A DNA stretch of 22,713 bases from a bacterium (GCA_044868695.1 JBIOWP010000071.1:1-22713); one strand, 5' to 3'. Positions 8,452 to 19,088 are shown, numbered from the stretch's first letter. A program made the numbers and translations. Notes: generated by a model from the sequence alone, not told the origin.

Positions 8452-9198
8452 ATGCGCATCTCCTTCCACCTCGTTATGTTCATCGCGGCGACCGCTGTCG
8501 CAAGCCTTGTGGCGTGGACGTGGCCGCCGGCCGGGCCGCCGTCCGTGGGGGACGTCCAGCGGCTCATGCCCCGCGGCGGCCAGCTGCGCGGGCTCGTCCG
8601 GTTGGAAGCGACGGGGGCCCCACCGCTGGAGACCGCGGCCGTGGCCGTGGTGCCGCGTTTCCCCGGAGCCGTGGACACGGCGTACTACGGGGTGGTCGTA
8701 GCGTACGATCCGTGGCGCCGGCGGGCGGCGAGGGTGTACGCCGAGCCGCTGCCCGGTCCGATTCCTCTTTCCCCTGACGCCGCACGGATCGGGGGGCGCC
8801 GCGAGGCAGCGATCTTCCACGCGATGCGCCCCGACGGAACCCGGGTGCACGAGGTCGTCGCATTCACTCAGGGCCGCTGGCGGCGCCTCAATGCCCCGGC
8901 ATCGGAGCATCTCCTCGCTGCCGTACCGGATGCGCCGCCCGGGATCACCTGGCGGTTCCGCGCGCGGAATGGCATGATCTCGGCGCCGTCCCGGGTGCTG
9001 CGCGTCCAGGTACGCCAACCCGTGCGCATCGTCGCCAGCGGGGGTGGCCCAACGCCCATCATCGTCCCCGATGCCAGGCTGGATATCATCGAGCCGGGGT
9101 ACCGGGCGCGCGACCCCGGGACGTACACAATCCGCATTCTCCTGCCGTTCAACGCCGATCAAGGATATACGCTGACGCTGGTGGTGGAGTCTCCGTAG
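8452..9198 (+). CDS. Hypothetical secreted or membrane-anchored protein, with a possible cupredoxin-like C-terminal domain
   Basis: Co-oriented ORF that fills the gap between dppC and gatC. It has an N-terminal hydrophobic segment (FHLVMFIAATAVASLVAW) and a beta-rich C-terminus ending 'PGTYTIRI...TLTLVVE'. Confidence 0.7.
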   Translation: MRISFHLVMFIAATAVASLVAWTWPPAGPPSVGDVQRLMPRGGQLRGLVRLEATGAPPLETAAVAVVPRFPGAVDTAYYGVVVAYDPWRRRAARVYAEPLPGPIPLSPDAARIGGRREAAIFHAMRPDGTRVHEVVAFTQGRWRRLNAPASEHLLAAVPDAPPGITWRFRARNGMISAPSRVLRVQVRQPVRIVASGGGPTPIIVPDARLDIIEPGYRARDPGTYTIRILLPFNADQGYTLTLVVESP

Positions 9199-9205
9199 CG
9201 TCCTA

Positions 9206-9214
9206 TGCTACGAT
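9206..9214 (+). promoter_or_regulatory. Candidate extended -10 promoter for gatCAB
   Basis: TGcTACGAT matches TGnTAnnnT, 17 nt before the gatC ATG. No consensus -35 and no clear SD. Confidence 0.35.
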
Positions 9215-9231
9215 GAAACCGGTGACCCGCG

Positions 9232-9525
9232 ATGCCCATCGATCCCTCCATCGTTGACCATGTCGCACGGCTGGCCCGGCTGGAGCTCTCTGCGGAGGAG
9301 CGGCAGCGCTATGCGCAGCAGCTGGCCAGCATCCTCGAGTACTGCGCCACGCTCAACCAGCTGGACACCGAGCAGGTCGAGCCGACGTCGCACGTGCTGG
9401 CGCTGACCAACGTCTTCCGAGACGATGTGCCTGGGGCGCCGCTTGCCCGCGACACCGTGCTGGACGCGGCGCCGGACCACGCGGACGGATTTTTTAAGGT
9501 GCCCCCGATCATCGAGACGGAGTAG
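9232..9525 (+). CDS. gatC: Asp-tRNA(Asn)/Glu-tRNA(Gln) amidotransferase subunit C
   Basis: 97 aa; 'VDHVARLARLEL', 'LDTEQVEPTSH', 'NVFRDD', 'FFKVPPII'. Confidence 0.96.
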   Translation: MPIDPSIVDHVARLARLELSAEERQRYAQQLASILEYCATLNQLDTEQVEPTSHVLALTNVFRDDVPGAPLARDTVLDAAPDHADGFFKVPPIIETE

Positions 9526-9528
9526 ACC

Positions 9529-11103
<1,575 letters not shown>

Positions 11104-11111
11104 CGACACTC

Positions 11112-11188
11112 CTGTCACTGCGAGGCGCGGAGCGCCGAAGCAATCTCCTCCGACCCCGGGGATTGCTTCGCTGCGCTCGCAATGACAG
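11112..11188. repeat. REP/RPE-like nested palindromic element
   Basis: Outer arms ctgtcactgcgag / ctcgcaatgacag (12/13 complementary), inner arms cgaagcaatc / gattgcttcg (perfect 10 bp), and a mini-hairpin ggcgc-gga-gcgcc. It resembles the widespread GTCATTGCGAG...GCAATC...GATTGC...CTCGCAATGAC dispersed repeats. Confidence 0.8.
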
Positions 11189-11200
11189 AAACTGCAGAGC

Positions 11201-11228
11201 GAGTCACGAATCACGAGTCACGAATCAC
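11201..11228 (+). repeat. Heptamer tandem repeat (GAGTCAC-GAATCAC)x2
   Basis: gagtcac gaatcac gagtcac gaatcac, ending 2 nt before the gatB ATG. Confidence 0.8.
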
Positions 11229-11230
11229 GC

Positions 11231-12700
11231 ATGAGTACACCTGCGATCGCGACAGCGTACGAAGTCGTCATTGGGTTAGAGATCCACGCTCAGCTTCTGA
11301 CCGCGTCCAAGATGTTCTGCGCATGCCCGGTGACGTTTGGGGCACCGCCGAATACCCTGGTCTGCCCCGTGTGCCTCGGACTGCCGGGCTCGCTGCCGGT
11401 CCTGAACCGGCGGGCGGTTGACCTGGGATTGCGCACCGCGGCGGCGCTGGAGTGCACCGTGCATCCCGTCAGCCAGTTCCACCGGAAGAACTACTACTAT
11501 CCGGATCTGCCGAAGAACTATCAGATCACCCAATACCGGTACAAAGTCCATCCCCCGCTGGCCACCGACGGAGGGCTCGAGATTCAGACGGCCGCCGGCC
11601 GCCGGCCCATCGGCATCCGTCGGGTCCACCTCGAAGAGGACACGGGCCGGCTCGTCCACGTCGAAGGCGGCGGATCGATCCGCCACAGCCTGATCGATTT
11701 CAACCGGAGCGGGGTGCCCTTGATGGAAGTGGTGACCGAGCCGGAGCTGCGCTCGCCGTCCGAAGCGCGCGCGTTTCTGGGGCGGCTGCGGGCGCTGCTG
11801 CAGGCCATCGAGGTCAGCAGCGGGCGGATGGAAGAGGGCAGCCTGCGGTGCGATGCCAACGTGTCGCTGCGCCCGCCCGGAGGGGAGCTGGGCATCCGCA
11901 CCGAGGTCAAGAACATGAACTCCCTGCGGTCGGTGGAACGGGCACTCGCGCATGAGGTCCAGCGGCAGGCGGCGCTGCTGGCGCGCGGGCAGGCCGTGGA
12001 GCAGGAAACCCGCCACTGGGATGAGCGCCGCGGCGTGACCTTCTCGTCACGCACCAAAGAGGAAGCGCAGGATTATCGCTACTTTCCCGAACCCGACCTG
12101 GTGCCGATCGCGGTCACCGCGCAGTGGGTGGCCCAGGTGCGCGCCGCGCTCCCGGAACTGCCGGATGCGAAGCGGCGCCGGTATGTGGAGACCTATGGGC
12201 TGTCGGAGCATGACGCCGACCTCCTGACCTCTTCTGAGGCGATGGCCCGATTCTTTCAGGAGACGGTGGGCCTCTATACTCAGCCGAAAGTTGTCTGCAA
12301 CTGGTTGACCGGCGACATCGCCGCCTACCTGAACGCAGAGGGGAAGGAGATCGACGACCTGCCGGTGACCCCGTCCCACCTCGCCGAGCTCCTGCAGCTG
12401 ATCGACCGGGGCGCCATCAGCGGCCGTACGGCGAAGGAGATCGTGGGCGAGATGCTGGCGCGCGGCGCGCGGCCGGAGGCTCTCGTGGCCGAGCGCGGGC
12501 TGGGACAGATCAGCGACGAGACTGCACTGGTCTCCGTTGTCGAGGCAGTGCTGGCCGAGCATGCCGGTCCGGCAGCGGAGTATCGCGCCGGCAAACCGCA
12601 GGCGCTGACATTTCTGGTCGGCCAGGTGATGAAAAAGACCAGGGGCCGGGCGAACCCCGAACTGGCAAACCGGCTGCTGCGGGAGAAACTCGGGTCATGA
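11231..12700 (+). CDS. gatB: Asp-tRNA(Asn)/Glu-tRNA(Gln) amidotransferase subunit B
   Basis: '[10 protein letters not shown]', '[17 protein letters not shown]', 'RVHLEED', 'LRCDANVS', 'EVKNMNS', '[10 protein letters not shown]', and a C-terminal YqeY-like '[16 protein letters not shown]'. Confidence 0.97.
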   Translation: MSTPAIATAYEVVIGLEIHAQLLTASKMFCACPVTFGAPPNTLVCPVCLGLPGSLPVLNRRAVDLGLRTAAALECTVHPVSQFHRKNYYYPDLPKNYQITQYRYKVHPPLATDGGLEIQTAAGRRPIGIRRVHLEEDTGRLVHVEGGGSIRHSLIDFNRSGVPLMEVVTEPELRSPSEARAFLGRLRALLQAIEVSSGRMEEGSLRCDANVSLRPPGGELGIRTEVKNMNSLRSVERALAHEVQRQAALLARGQAVEQETRHWDERRGVTFSSRTKEEAQDYRYFPEPDLVPIAVTAQWVAQVRAALPELPDAKRRRYVETYGLSEHDADLLTSSEAMARFFQETVGLYTQPKVVCNWLTGDIAAYLNAEGKEIDDLPVTPSHLAELLQLIDRGAISGRTAKEIVGEMLARGARPEALVAERGLGQISDETALVSVVEAVLAEHAGPAAEYRAGKPQALTFLVGQVMKKTRGRANPELANRLLREKLGS

Positions 12701-14160
12701 CGCAGACGCGAGGGAAGTCGAAGCGCGGGACCAGGGACCTGGGATCAGGGACCAGAAAGAGGAAGCCTCCATCGGGCCGGTCCCCGGTCCCCGGTCCCGG
12801 GTCCCGTTCTCCGTCTGTGCGCGCCGGTCAGAAGCTCACCCTGTCGTTCCGCGAGTTGAACCTCGACGGCGCGGGGGTTGCCGCGGCCGGTTCCCTGAGG
12901 ATCGCAGTCCCGTTCGCCCTGCCCGGGGAAGAGGCGCTGGTCGAAATCACCCGCGGCGGGCGGCGGCCCGAGGGAAAGATTCTGACCCTTGTCCGCAAGG
13001 CGCCCCAGACGGCGGCGCCCCGTTGCCGGCACTTCGGTGTGTGCGGCGGCTGCCAGTGGCAGCACGTCGGGTACGACGCGCAGCTCGAACACAAGACCCG
13101 GCTCACCCGCGCGCATTTGGATCCGGTGCTGCGCGGAACCGGAGCGGCGGTGCGTGGTGCCGTGGGCGCGTCGCCGTGGGAGTACCGCAACCGGGTGCAG
13201 GCCGCGTTTGCCGTGCGGCAAGAGAAGGTGGTCGTCGGATACTACACCCTGGGGGACGACCTGCGGGTCATTAATGTGCAGGAGTGCCCGATTCAACATG
13301 GCGACAATGTCCGCCTCCTGCACGCGGCGCGGGACGTCGTCGCCGGTCTGGGTTGGCCGATCTACGACCGGTCGACCGGCGCCGGCCTCCTCCGCGGGGT
13401 GATCGGGCAGGTGGGGATGCAGAGCGGCGAAGCGATGCTGGTGCTCTGCGCCAGCCGTGAAGTTCCCGACCGGATGGCTCTGGTGCGCGAAGTCCGGAAC
13501 CGGGTGCTCAACCTCACCGCCCTTCTGCTCTCCGTGCAGCCGGCCCACACGCCCGAGCTGCTGGGATCGGTGCGGCTACTCTGGGGGCGGCCCTACATTG
13601 ATGATGAGATCGCTGGGCTGCGTCTCCGGCTGTACCCGGCCGCGGCGGTGCCTCCGAATCCGCGCGCGCTTCCCATGTGGCTGGAGGCGATCGTGCGGGG
13701 CGCGGCGGGCGACGGCGCAGAGACGGTCGCTGATACTGCCTGCGAAGAAGGGCTCGTCCCGCTGGCGCTGGCCCCACACGCCCACCGGGTGATCGGGATC
13801 GCCCCGGATCGCGAAGCCATGCACCGCGCGTGGGAGAACGCGCGCCTAAACAGCATCACCAACTGCGTGTTCTACACCCGCGCGCCGGCAGGCGTGCTGG
13901 CGAAACTCCACGGGAGGGGCGAGCGCCTGGATGCGGTGGTCACCTCCGCGCGGGGCGGCGTGACGGCGCCGGCCGTCTTCACGGAGGCGCGCGAGGCAGG
14001 CGCGCGCCGGCTGGTCTGCGCCGGCCACTCGCTGACGCTGCTGGCGCGCGACGTCGCCGCGGCGCGGGACGCCGGGTTCAAGCCGGTCGACGTCCAACCT
14101 GTCGACCTGCTGCCGCAGACGAGCCGTGTGCACTGCGTGGTGACCATGGTACGCGAATAG
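12697..14160 (+). CDS. RlmD/RumA-like protein (TRAM + Fe-S + methyltransferase fold) with degenerate catalytic motifs
   Basis: TRAM-like 'GQKLTL...GAGVA...VPFALPGEE', Fe-S cysteines '[14 protein letters not shown]...ECPI', 'WEYRNR', 'GLLR', 'AWENARLN', 'LARD', 'QPVDLLPQT'. ATGA overlap with the gatB stop. Confidence 0.85.
   Translation: MTQTRGKSKRGTRDLGSGTRKRKPPSGRSPVPGPGSRSPSVRAGQKLTLSFRELNLDGAGVAAAGSLRIAVPFALPGEEALVEITRGGRRPEGKILTLVRKAPQTAAPRCRHFGVCGGCQWQHVGYDAQLEHKTRLTRAHLDPVLRGTGAAVRGAVGASPWEYRNRVQAAFAVRQEKVVVGYYTLGDDLRVINVQECPIQHGDNVRLLHAARDVVAGLGWPIYDRSTGAGLLRGVIGQVGMQSGEAMLVLCASREVPDRMALVREVRNRVLNLTALLLSVQPAHTPELLGSVRLLWGRPYIDDEIAGLRLRLYPAAAVPPNPRALPMWLEAIVRGAAGDGAETVADTACEEGLVPLALAPHAHRVIGIAPDREAMHRAWENARLNSITNCVFYTRAPAGVLAKLHGRGERLDAVVTSARGGVTAPAVFTEAREAGARRLVCAGHSLTLLARDVAAARDAGFKPVDVQPVDLLPQTSRVHCVVTMVRE
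12726..12806. repeat. Inverted pair of heptamer tandem arrays, (NGGGACC)x4 and (GGTCCCS)x4
   Basis: 12726-12753 cgggacc-agggacc-tgggatc-agggacc; 12779-12806 ggtcccc-ggtcccc-ggtcccg-ggtcccg. 24 of 28 positions are Watson-Crick complementary. Confidence 0.85.
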
Positions 14161-14168
14161 CGAAAACC

Positions 14169-14199
14169 GTCTACAATGTCTACCAGGTCCACAAGGTCC
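14169..14199 (+). repeat. Degenerate 9-mer tandem repeat, copy 2
   Basis: gtctacaat-gtctaccag-gtccacaag-gtcc, just before the gabT SD. Confidence 0.65.
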
Positions 14200-14219
14200 G
14201 ATTCAAGGAGGAACATCCG

Positions 14220-15548
14220 TTGAGCAAAGCGACGACCCCCCGCTACACGCTCCCGGGTCCACGATCGAAGGCCCTGCTCACCGAGAAAGAGCAGTTTGTC
14301 GCCAACGCGATCGGCATCCACCTGCCGGCATTCGTGCAGCGCGCCGAAGGGGCACTGCTGACCGACGTCGACGGCCACACGTTCATCGATCTCTCCGGAG
14401 GCGTGGGCTGCCTGAACGTTGGGCACTCGCATCCCAAAGTCGTCCAGGCTATCGTCGACCAGACGCGGCGGTTCACCCACACCGATTTCAGCGTGGCGCC
14501 GTACGAGCCGTACGTCCGGCTGGCCCGCCGGTTGTGCGAGCTGGCGCCGGGCCCGCGCCCGAAGAAGGTGCTCCTGCTGAACTCCGGCACGGAGGCGGTG
14601 GAAAATGCGGTAAAGATCGCCCGGGCCGTGACCGGCCGCCCGGGGCTGATCGCGTTCCAGGGCGCGTTCCACGGGCGGACCTACATGAGCCTGTCGCTCA
14701 CGAGCAAAGTCGAACCGTACAAGAAGAACTTCGGTCCCTTCATGCCGGAGATCTACCGGGTGCCGTTTCCTGATCCGTACCGCAGCCCGGATCCCGATCC
14801 AACGCGCGGGGTCCTGCGCCATTTCGACGAACTGTTCGCGACGCACGTGCAGGCCGACCGGATCGCGGCCATCGTCGTTGAGCCGGTGCTGGGCGAGGGC
14901 GGGTTCGTGGTGCCGCCGCCCGACTTCTTCAAGGAGCTGCGGGCGCTAGCCGACCGCCACGGTATCCTGCTGGTGGTCGATGAGATTCAAACCGGCATCG
15001 GCCGAACCGGGCGCATGTTTGCCATCGAACATTTCGGCGTCGAGCCGGACCTGATGACGGTGGCGAAATCGATCGCGGTCGGGCTGCCCATCTCCGCAGT
15101 CGTTGCCGTCCGAGACATCATCGACGCGCTGCCCGAGAGCTCGCTGGGCGGCACGTATGTCGGCAACCCGGTGGCCTGCGCCGCGGCGCTCGCCGTTCTC
15201 GACGTCATGGAGGAGGAGCGGCTGACCAGCCGCGCCGCAGCGCTGGGAGAGCGGATGCTGACCCGGTTCCGCCGCCTGCAGGCGCGGTCCTCGCTGGTGG
15301 GGGACGTGCGCGGGTTGGGCGCCATGGTCGCGATCGAGCTGGTGCGGGACCGGACGACCAAGGAGCCGGCCGCGCGGGAGACGGCGGAGATCATCCGCCG
15401 CGCAATGGGGCGGGGAGTGCTCGTGCTGCGCGCGGGCATGTACAGCAACGTCATCCGCATCCTGACGCCGCTCATCATCTCCGATGCGCAGCTCGACCAG
15501 GCGCTCGACGTCCTTGATGAGTGCGTCCTGGAGGTGACGGCGGCCTGA
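14220..15548 (+). CDS. gabT: Class III PLP aminotransferase, 4-aminobutyrate--2-oxoglutarate transaminase (GabT)-like
   Basis: TTG start at 14220 with SD AAGGAGG 14205-14211. 'DVDG..FIDLSGGVGCLNVGHSHP', 'NSGTEAVENAVKIAR', 'AFHGRT', 'EPVLGEGGF', 'DEIQTGIGRTG', PLP lysine in 'TVAKS', 'LGGTYVGNP'. Confidence 0.88.
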   Translation: MSKATTPRYTLPGPRSKALLTEKEQFVANAIGIHLPAFVQRAEGALLTDVDGHTFIDLSGGVGCLNVGHSHPKVVQAIVDQTRRFTHTDFSVAPYEPYVRLARRLCELAPGPRPKKVLLLNSGTEAVENAVKIARAVTGRPGLIAFQGAFHGRTYMSLSLTSKVEPYKKNFGPFMPEIYRVPFPDPYRSPDPDPTRGVLRHFDELFATHVQADRIAAIVVEPVLGEGGFVVPPPDFFKELRALADRHGILLVVDEIQTGIGRTGRMFAIEHFGVEPDLMTVAKSIAVGLPISAVVAVRDIIDALPESSLGGTYVGNPVACAAALAVLDVMEEERLTSRAAALGERMLTRFRRLQARSSLVGDVRGLGAMVAIELVRDRTTKEPAARETAEIIRRAMGRGVLVLRAGMYSNVIRILTPLIISDAQLDQALDVLDECVLEVTAA

Positions 15549-18500
15549 TGCCGGATCCGTTCGTCCACCTGCATCTCCACACCGAATACAGCCTGCTGGA
15601 CGGTCACAGCCGCATCCCCGCGTTGATGGCGCGGGCGAAGTCCCTGGGCATGCCGGCCATCGCCGTCACCGACCACGGGGCGATGTACGGGGTGATCGAC
15701 TTCTACCAGAAGGCGACCGAGGCCGGGATCAAACCAATCATCGGGGTGGAGGCCTATGTGGCGCCGCGTGCCCTGGGCGACCGCGACCCCAGGCTCGATG
15801 CCAACGCGTCTCACCTCGTGCTGCTGGCGACGAATCTCGAGGGCTACCGCAACCTGATCAAGCTCACCACGATCGCACACCTGGACGGCTTCTACTACAA
15901 GCCGCGCATTGACAAAGAGGTCCTGGCCTCGCACAGCGCCGGTCTCGTTGCGCTGTCCGGGTGCCTGAAGGGCGAGGTCACCCAGGCGATCCTGCGGGGG
16001 GACCTGCCGGCGGCGCGCGCGGCCGCCGGGCAGTACCGGGACATCTTCGGTGCGGGGAACTTCTACCTCGAAGTCCAATCCCACGGGTTGCCCGAGCAGC
16101 GGCAGAACATCACCGGGATGATCGAGCTCTCCCGCGGCATGGGGCTGCCGCTGGTCGCCACCAACGACGTGCACTACGTCCAGCGGGAGGACGCGGACGC
16201 GCAGGACACGCTCATGTGCATTCAGATGAACGTGAACCTCGACGCCACCGACAAGCCGCGCATGGGCCAGACGCCGGAGTTCTACTTGAAATCGGCCGAC
16301 GAGATGGCGCGCGCATTCAGCGATCTGCCGGAGGCGCTGGGGACCACCCTCGACGTGGCCGAGCGCGCCGATCTGGCGCTGGAGCTCGGCGCCGTCAAAC
16401 TGCCTCACTTCCCGGTCCCGGCCGGCGAGACGCCGGAGTCCTACCTCCGCGCCCTGTGCGACGCGGGCCTCCGCGCCATCTACGGCCGCGTGCCGGTGGA
16501 GGCTCAGGAACGCCTCTCTTATGAGCTGTCGGTGATCGAGCGCATGGGGTACGCGCCGTACTTTCTCATCGTGGCGGACTTCGTGCAGTTCGCCAAACGC
16601 AGCGGCATTCTCACCACCGTTCGGGGCTCCGCGGCCGGCAGCCTGGTGCTCTACGCGCTGGGCGTCACCGACGTCGATCCCATTCAGTACCGCCTGCCGT
16701 TCGAGCGATTCCTCAACCCGCAGCGATACACGATGCCCGACATCGACGTCGACTTCATGGACAGCCGGCGCGATGAGGTCATCCGCTACGTGATGGACAA
16801 ATACGGCACCGACCGTGTCGCGCAAATCATCACGTTCGGGACCATGGGTGCGCGCCAGGCGGTCCGGGACGTGGGACGGGTAATGGGCCTGTCCTACACG
16901 GACGTGGACCGCATCGCCAAGCTCATCCCCTTCAACGCGGGGCTGGAAGACGCGGTCCGCAGCGAGCCGGAGCTGCAGCGCGCGGCCGAGGAGAACGCGC
17001 AGATCCACCGGCTGCTCGAGCTGGCCCGGAAGCTGGAAGGGGTCGCGCGCCACGCCAGCACCCACGCCGCGGGCATCATCATCTCCCGCGATACGCTGAC
17101 CGAGCACGTGCCGCTGCAGAAGGCCACCAAGAGCGAGACGCAGGTCCCGCCGCGCCCGGCGGGGGGTGAATCCCAGACCATGGTCATGACGCAGTACGAC
17201 ATGACTGCGGTCGAAAAGATCGGCTTGCTGAAGATGGACTTCCTGGGGTTGGCGAACCTGACGATCCTCGACACGGCGATGCAGATCATCCAGAAGACGC
17301 GCGGAGAAGCCGTCAACCTGGCGCGCATCCCGCTGGACGACCGGAAGACATATGACCTGCTGGCCGCCGGCGAAACGGTCGGCATCTTCCAGCTCGAGGG
17401 TGCCGGGATGACGCGCTACCTCAAGGAGCTCCGGCCGAGCAACATCCAAGACATCATGGCCATGGTGGCGCTGTTCCGGCCGGGACCCATGGCCAATATC
17501 CCCACCTACATCCGGCGGAAGCACGGCCACGAGCCGATCACCTCCCTGCATCCGGCGATGGAGGCGGTGCTGCGGGAGACCTACGGGGTGATGGTCTATC
17601 AGGAGGACGTGATGGCCGTCGCCCAGGCGGTGGCGGGATTCTCACCCGCGGAGGCGGACGTCCTGCGGTACGCCATCGGCAAGAAGATCCGCGACAAACT
17701 GCAGCAGCAGCGGGCGAAGTTCATCGCCGGATGTGTCGATCGGAGCGTGCCGGTGCATGTGGCCGAGCAGGTCTTTGAACAGTTCGAACCGTTCGCCCGC
17801 TACGGGTTCAACCGGGCGCACGCCGCCTGCTACGGGCTGATCGCCTACTACACCGCCTACCTGAAGGCCAACTATCCCGCCGAGTACATGGCGGCGGTGT
17901 TGAGCAGTGAGGCCGGGAATACGGACAAGGTCGCGGCGGCGGTCGGCGAGTCGGTGCGGATCGGGATCCGGGTGCTTCCGCCGGACGTCAACGAGTCGTC
18001 CGAAAACTTTACCGTCGCCGGCGACGCCATCCGGTTCGGGCTGGCGGCGGTCAAGAACGTCGGTCTGGGCGCGGTGGAGGCGATCCTGCAGGCCCGGACG
18101 GCCGGCGGCCCGTACACGTCGCTGACCGATCTGGTGGAGCGGGTGGATCCGCGCGCGGTCAACAAGCGTGTGCTCGAAAGCCTGATCAAGGCCGGCGCGC
18201 TGGATTCCCTGGGCGCTCCCCGCGCGCTGATGCTGCAGACGCTGGACGACGCGATGGAGGGAGCCCAGCGGGTCCTGCGCGAGCGCGAGTCGGGGCAGAC
18301 CGGACTGTTTGATCTCAGCGGCGCGACCCCTCCGCCGGAGCCGGTTGAGGCCGGGCTTGCCGTGGAAGAGTTCTCCAAAGAAGAACTGCTCGCGATGGAA
18401 AAGGAGATGCTGGGGCTGTACATCTCCGACCATCCCCTGCGGCACGTGCAGGACACCCTGGCCGCCCGCATCAACGCCCCGCTGCATCAGTTGATGGACG

Positions 18501-19084
18501 TGCCTGACAAAGCCCTGGTGACGGTCGGCGGCATTATCACGGGGGTCAAGCGCACGACGACCAGGAGCGGCTCGGCGATGGCGTTCGTCACCCTGGAGGA
18601 TCTGACCGGCAGCTGTGAGGTCATCATTTTCCCGAAAACCTATGAGCAGGTGCATTTCTTGCTCAAACGGGATTCCGTGATCGTCGTGCGGGGCAAGGTG
18701 GACATCATGGAGCAGCAGGCCAAGATCCTGGCGGACCGCGTCTCGACCCTCGAGGAGGCGGAGGACGTCCAGCCCCTGCCATCGCTGGCCTCACGGCCGT
18801 CGGGCAACGGCAACGGCGGCCCATCGGCGGCCCCCGCCCGCGAGAGCGAGCCGGGGACGGCGCTGCACGTGCGCGTGGATACCGCGCAGTTCGGGGAGGA
18901 AGGGCTCCACCGTCTGAAGGAGCTGCTGGCGCGGCGCCGCGGCGACACTCCGGTCCATCTCCACCTGCAGACGTCCGGCCGGGAGGTCGTGATGAGCGCG
19001 CGTGATCTCCGGGTCAGCCTCTCCAGCGAGCTGCAGGCCGAGCTCGAGAGCCTGCTGGGCGCAGGCTGCGTCTGGCACGAGTAA
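15548..19084 (+). CDS. dnaE: DNA polymerase III alpha subunit
   Basis: ATG 15548 overlaps the gabT stop (TGATG). PHP 'FVHLHLHTEYSLLDG', 'RGSAAGSLV', catalytic 'PDIDVDF' and 'KMDFLGL', 'YGFNRAHA', clamp-binding-like 'QTGLF', OB fold 'MAFVTLEDLTG'. Confidence 0.98.
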   Translation: MPDPFVHLHLHTEYSLLDGHSRIPALMARAKSLGMPAIAVTDHGAMYGVIDFYQKATEAGIKPIIGVEAYVAPRALGDRDPRLDANASHLVLLATNLEGYRNLIKLTTIAHLDGFYYKPRIDKEVLASHSAGLVALSGCLKGEVTQAILRGDLPAARAAAGQYRDIFGAGNFYLEVQSHGLPEQRQNITGMIELSRGMGLPLVATNDVHYVQREDADAQDTLMCIQMNVNLDATDKPRMGQTPEFYLKSADEMARAFSDLPEALGTTLDVAERADLALELGAVKLPHFPVPAGETPESYLRALCDAGLRAIYGRVPVEAQERLSYELSVIERMGYAPYFLIVADFVQFAKRSGILTTVRGSAAGSLVLYALGVTDVDPIQYRLPFERFLNPQRYTMPDIDVDFMDSRRDEVIRYVMDKYGTDRVAQIITFGTMGARQAVRDVGRVMGLSYTDVDRIAKLIPFNAGLEDAVRSEPELQRAAEENAQIHRLLELARKLEGVARHASTHAAGIIISRDTLTEHVPLQKATKSETQVPPRPAGGESQTMVMTQYDMTAVEKIGLLKMDFLGLANLTILDTAMQIIQKTRGEAVNLARIPLDDRKTYDLLAAGETVGIFQLEGAGMTRYLKELRPSNIQDIMAMVALFRPGPMANIPTYIRRKHGHEPITSLHPAMEAVLRETYGVMVYQEDVMAVAQAVAGFSPAEADVLRYAIGKKIRDKLQQQRAKFIAGCVDRSVPVHVAEQVFEQFEPFARYGFNRAHAACYGLIAYYTAYLKANYPAEYMAAVLSSEAGNTDKVAAAVGESVRIGIRVLPPDVNESSENFTVAGDAIRFGLAAVKNVGLGAVEAILQARTAGGPYTSLTDLVERVDPRAVNKRVLESLIKAGALDSLGAPRALMLQTLDDAMEGAQRVLRERESGQTGLFDLSGATPPPEPVEAGLAVEEFSKEELLAMEKEMLGLYISDHPLRHVQDTLAARINAPLHQLMDVPDKALVTVGGIITGVKRTTTRSGSAMAFVTLEDLTGSCEVIIFPKTYEQVHFLLKRDSVIVVRGKVDIMEQQAKILADRVSTLEEAEDVQPLPSLASRPSGNGNGGPSAAPARESEPGTALHVRVDTAQFGEEGLHRLKELLARRRGDTPVHLHLQTSGREVVMSARDLRVSLSSELQAELESLLGAGCVWHE

Positions 19085-19088
19085 CGCT

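Noticed and set aside
9523..9525. Genome-wide amber recoding or pyrrolysine at the gatC TAG
   Set aside because: TAG terminates oppB, oppF, the SBP, dppC and the RlmD-like gene at their expected ends, and no pyl genes are in the window. Only local read-through remains possible.
11112..11230. CRISPR array or IS end
   Set aside because: No repeat-spacer periodicity, no cas or transposase gene, and no target-site duplication seen.
12697..14160. Calling the RlmD-like gene a pseudogene
   Set aside because: The frame is intact and full length, codon usage looks like its neighbours, and structural and Fe-S residues are conserved. It is treated as a possible pseudo-enzyme instead.
17110..17190. Intein or insertion element in DnaE
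   Set aside because: Only a short P/G-rich loop insertion (KSETQVPPRPAGGESQ). No intein C/S...HN motifs, and the protein length is normal.
14987..17551. 854-aa minus-strand ORF opposite gabT/dnaE
   Set aside because: Antisense mirror frame produced by GC3 bias; no recognisable domain.
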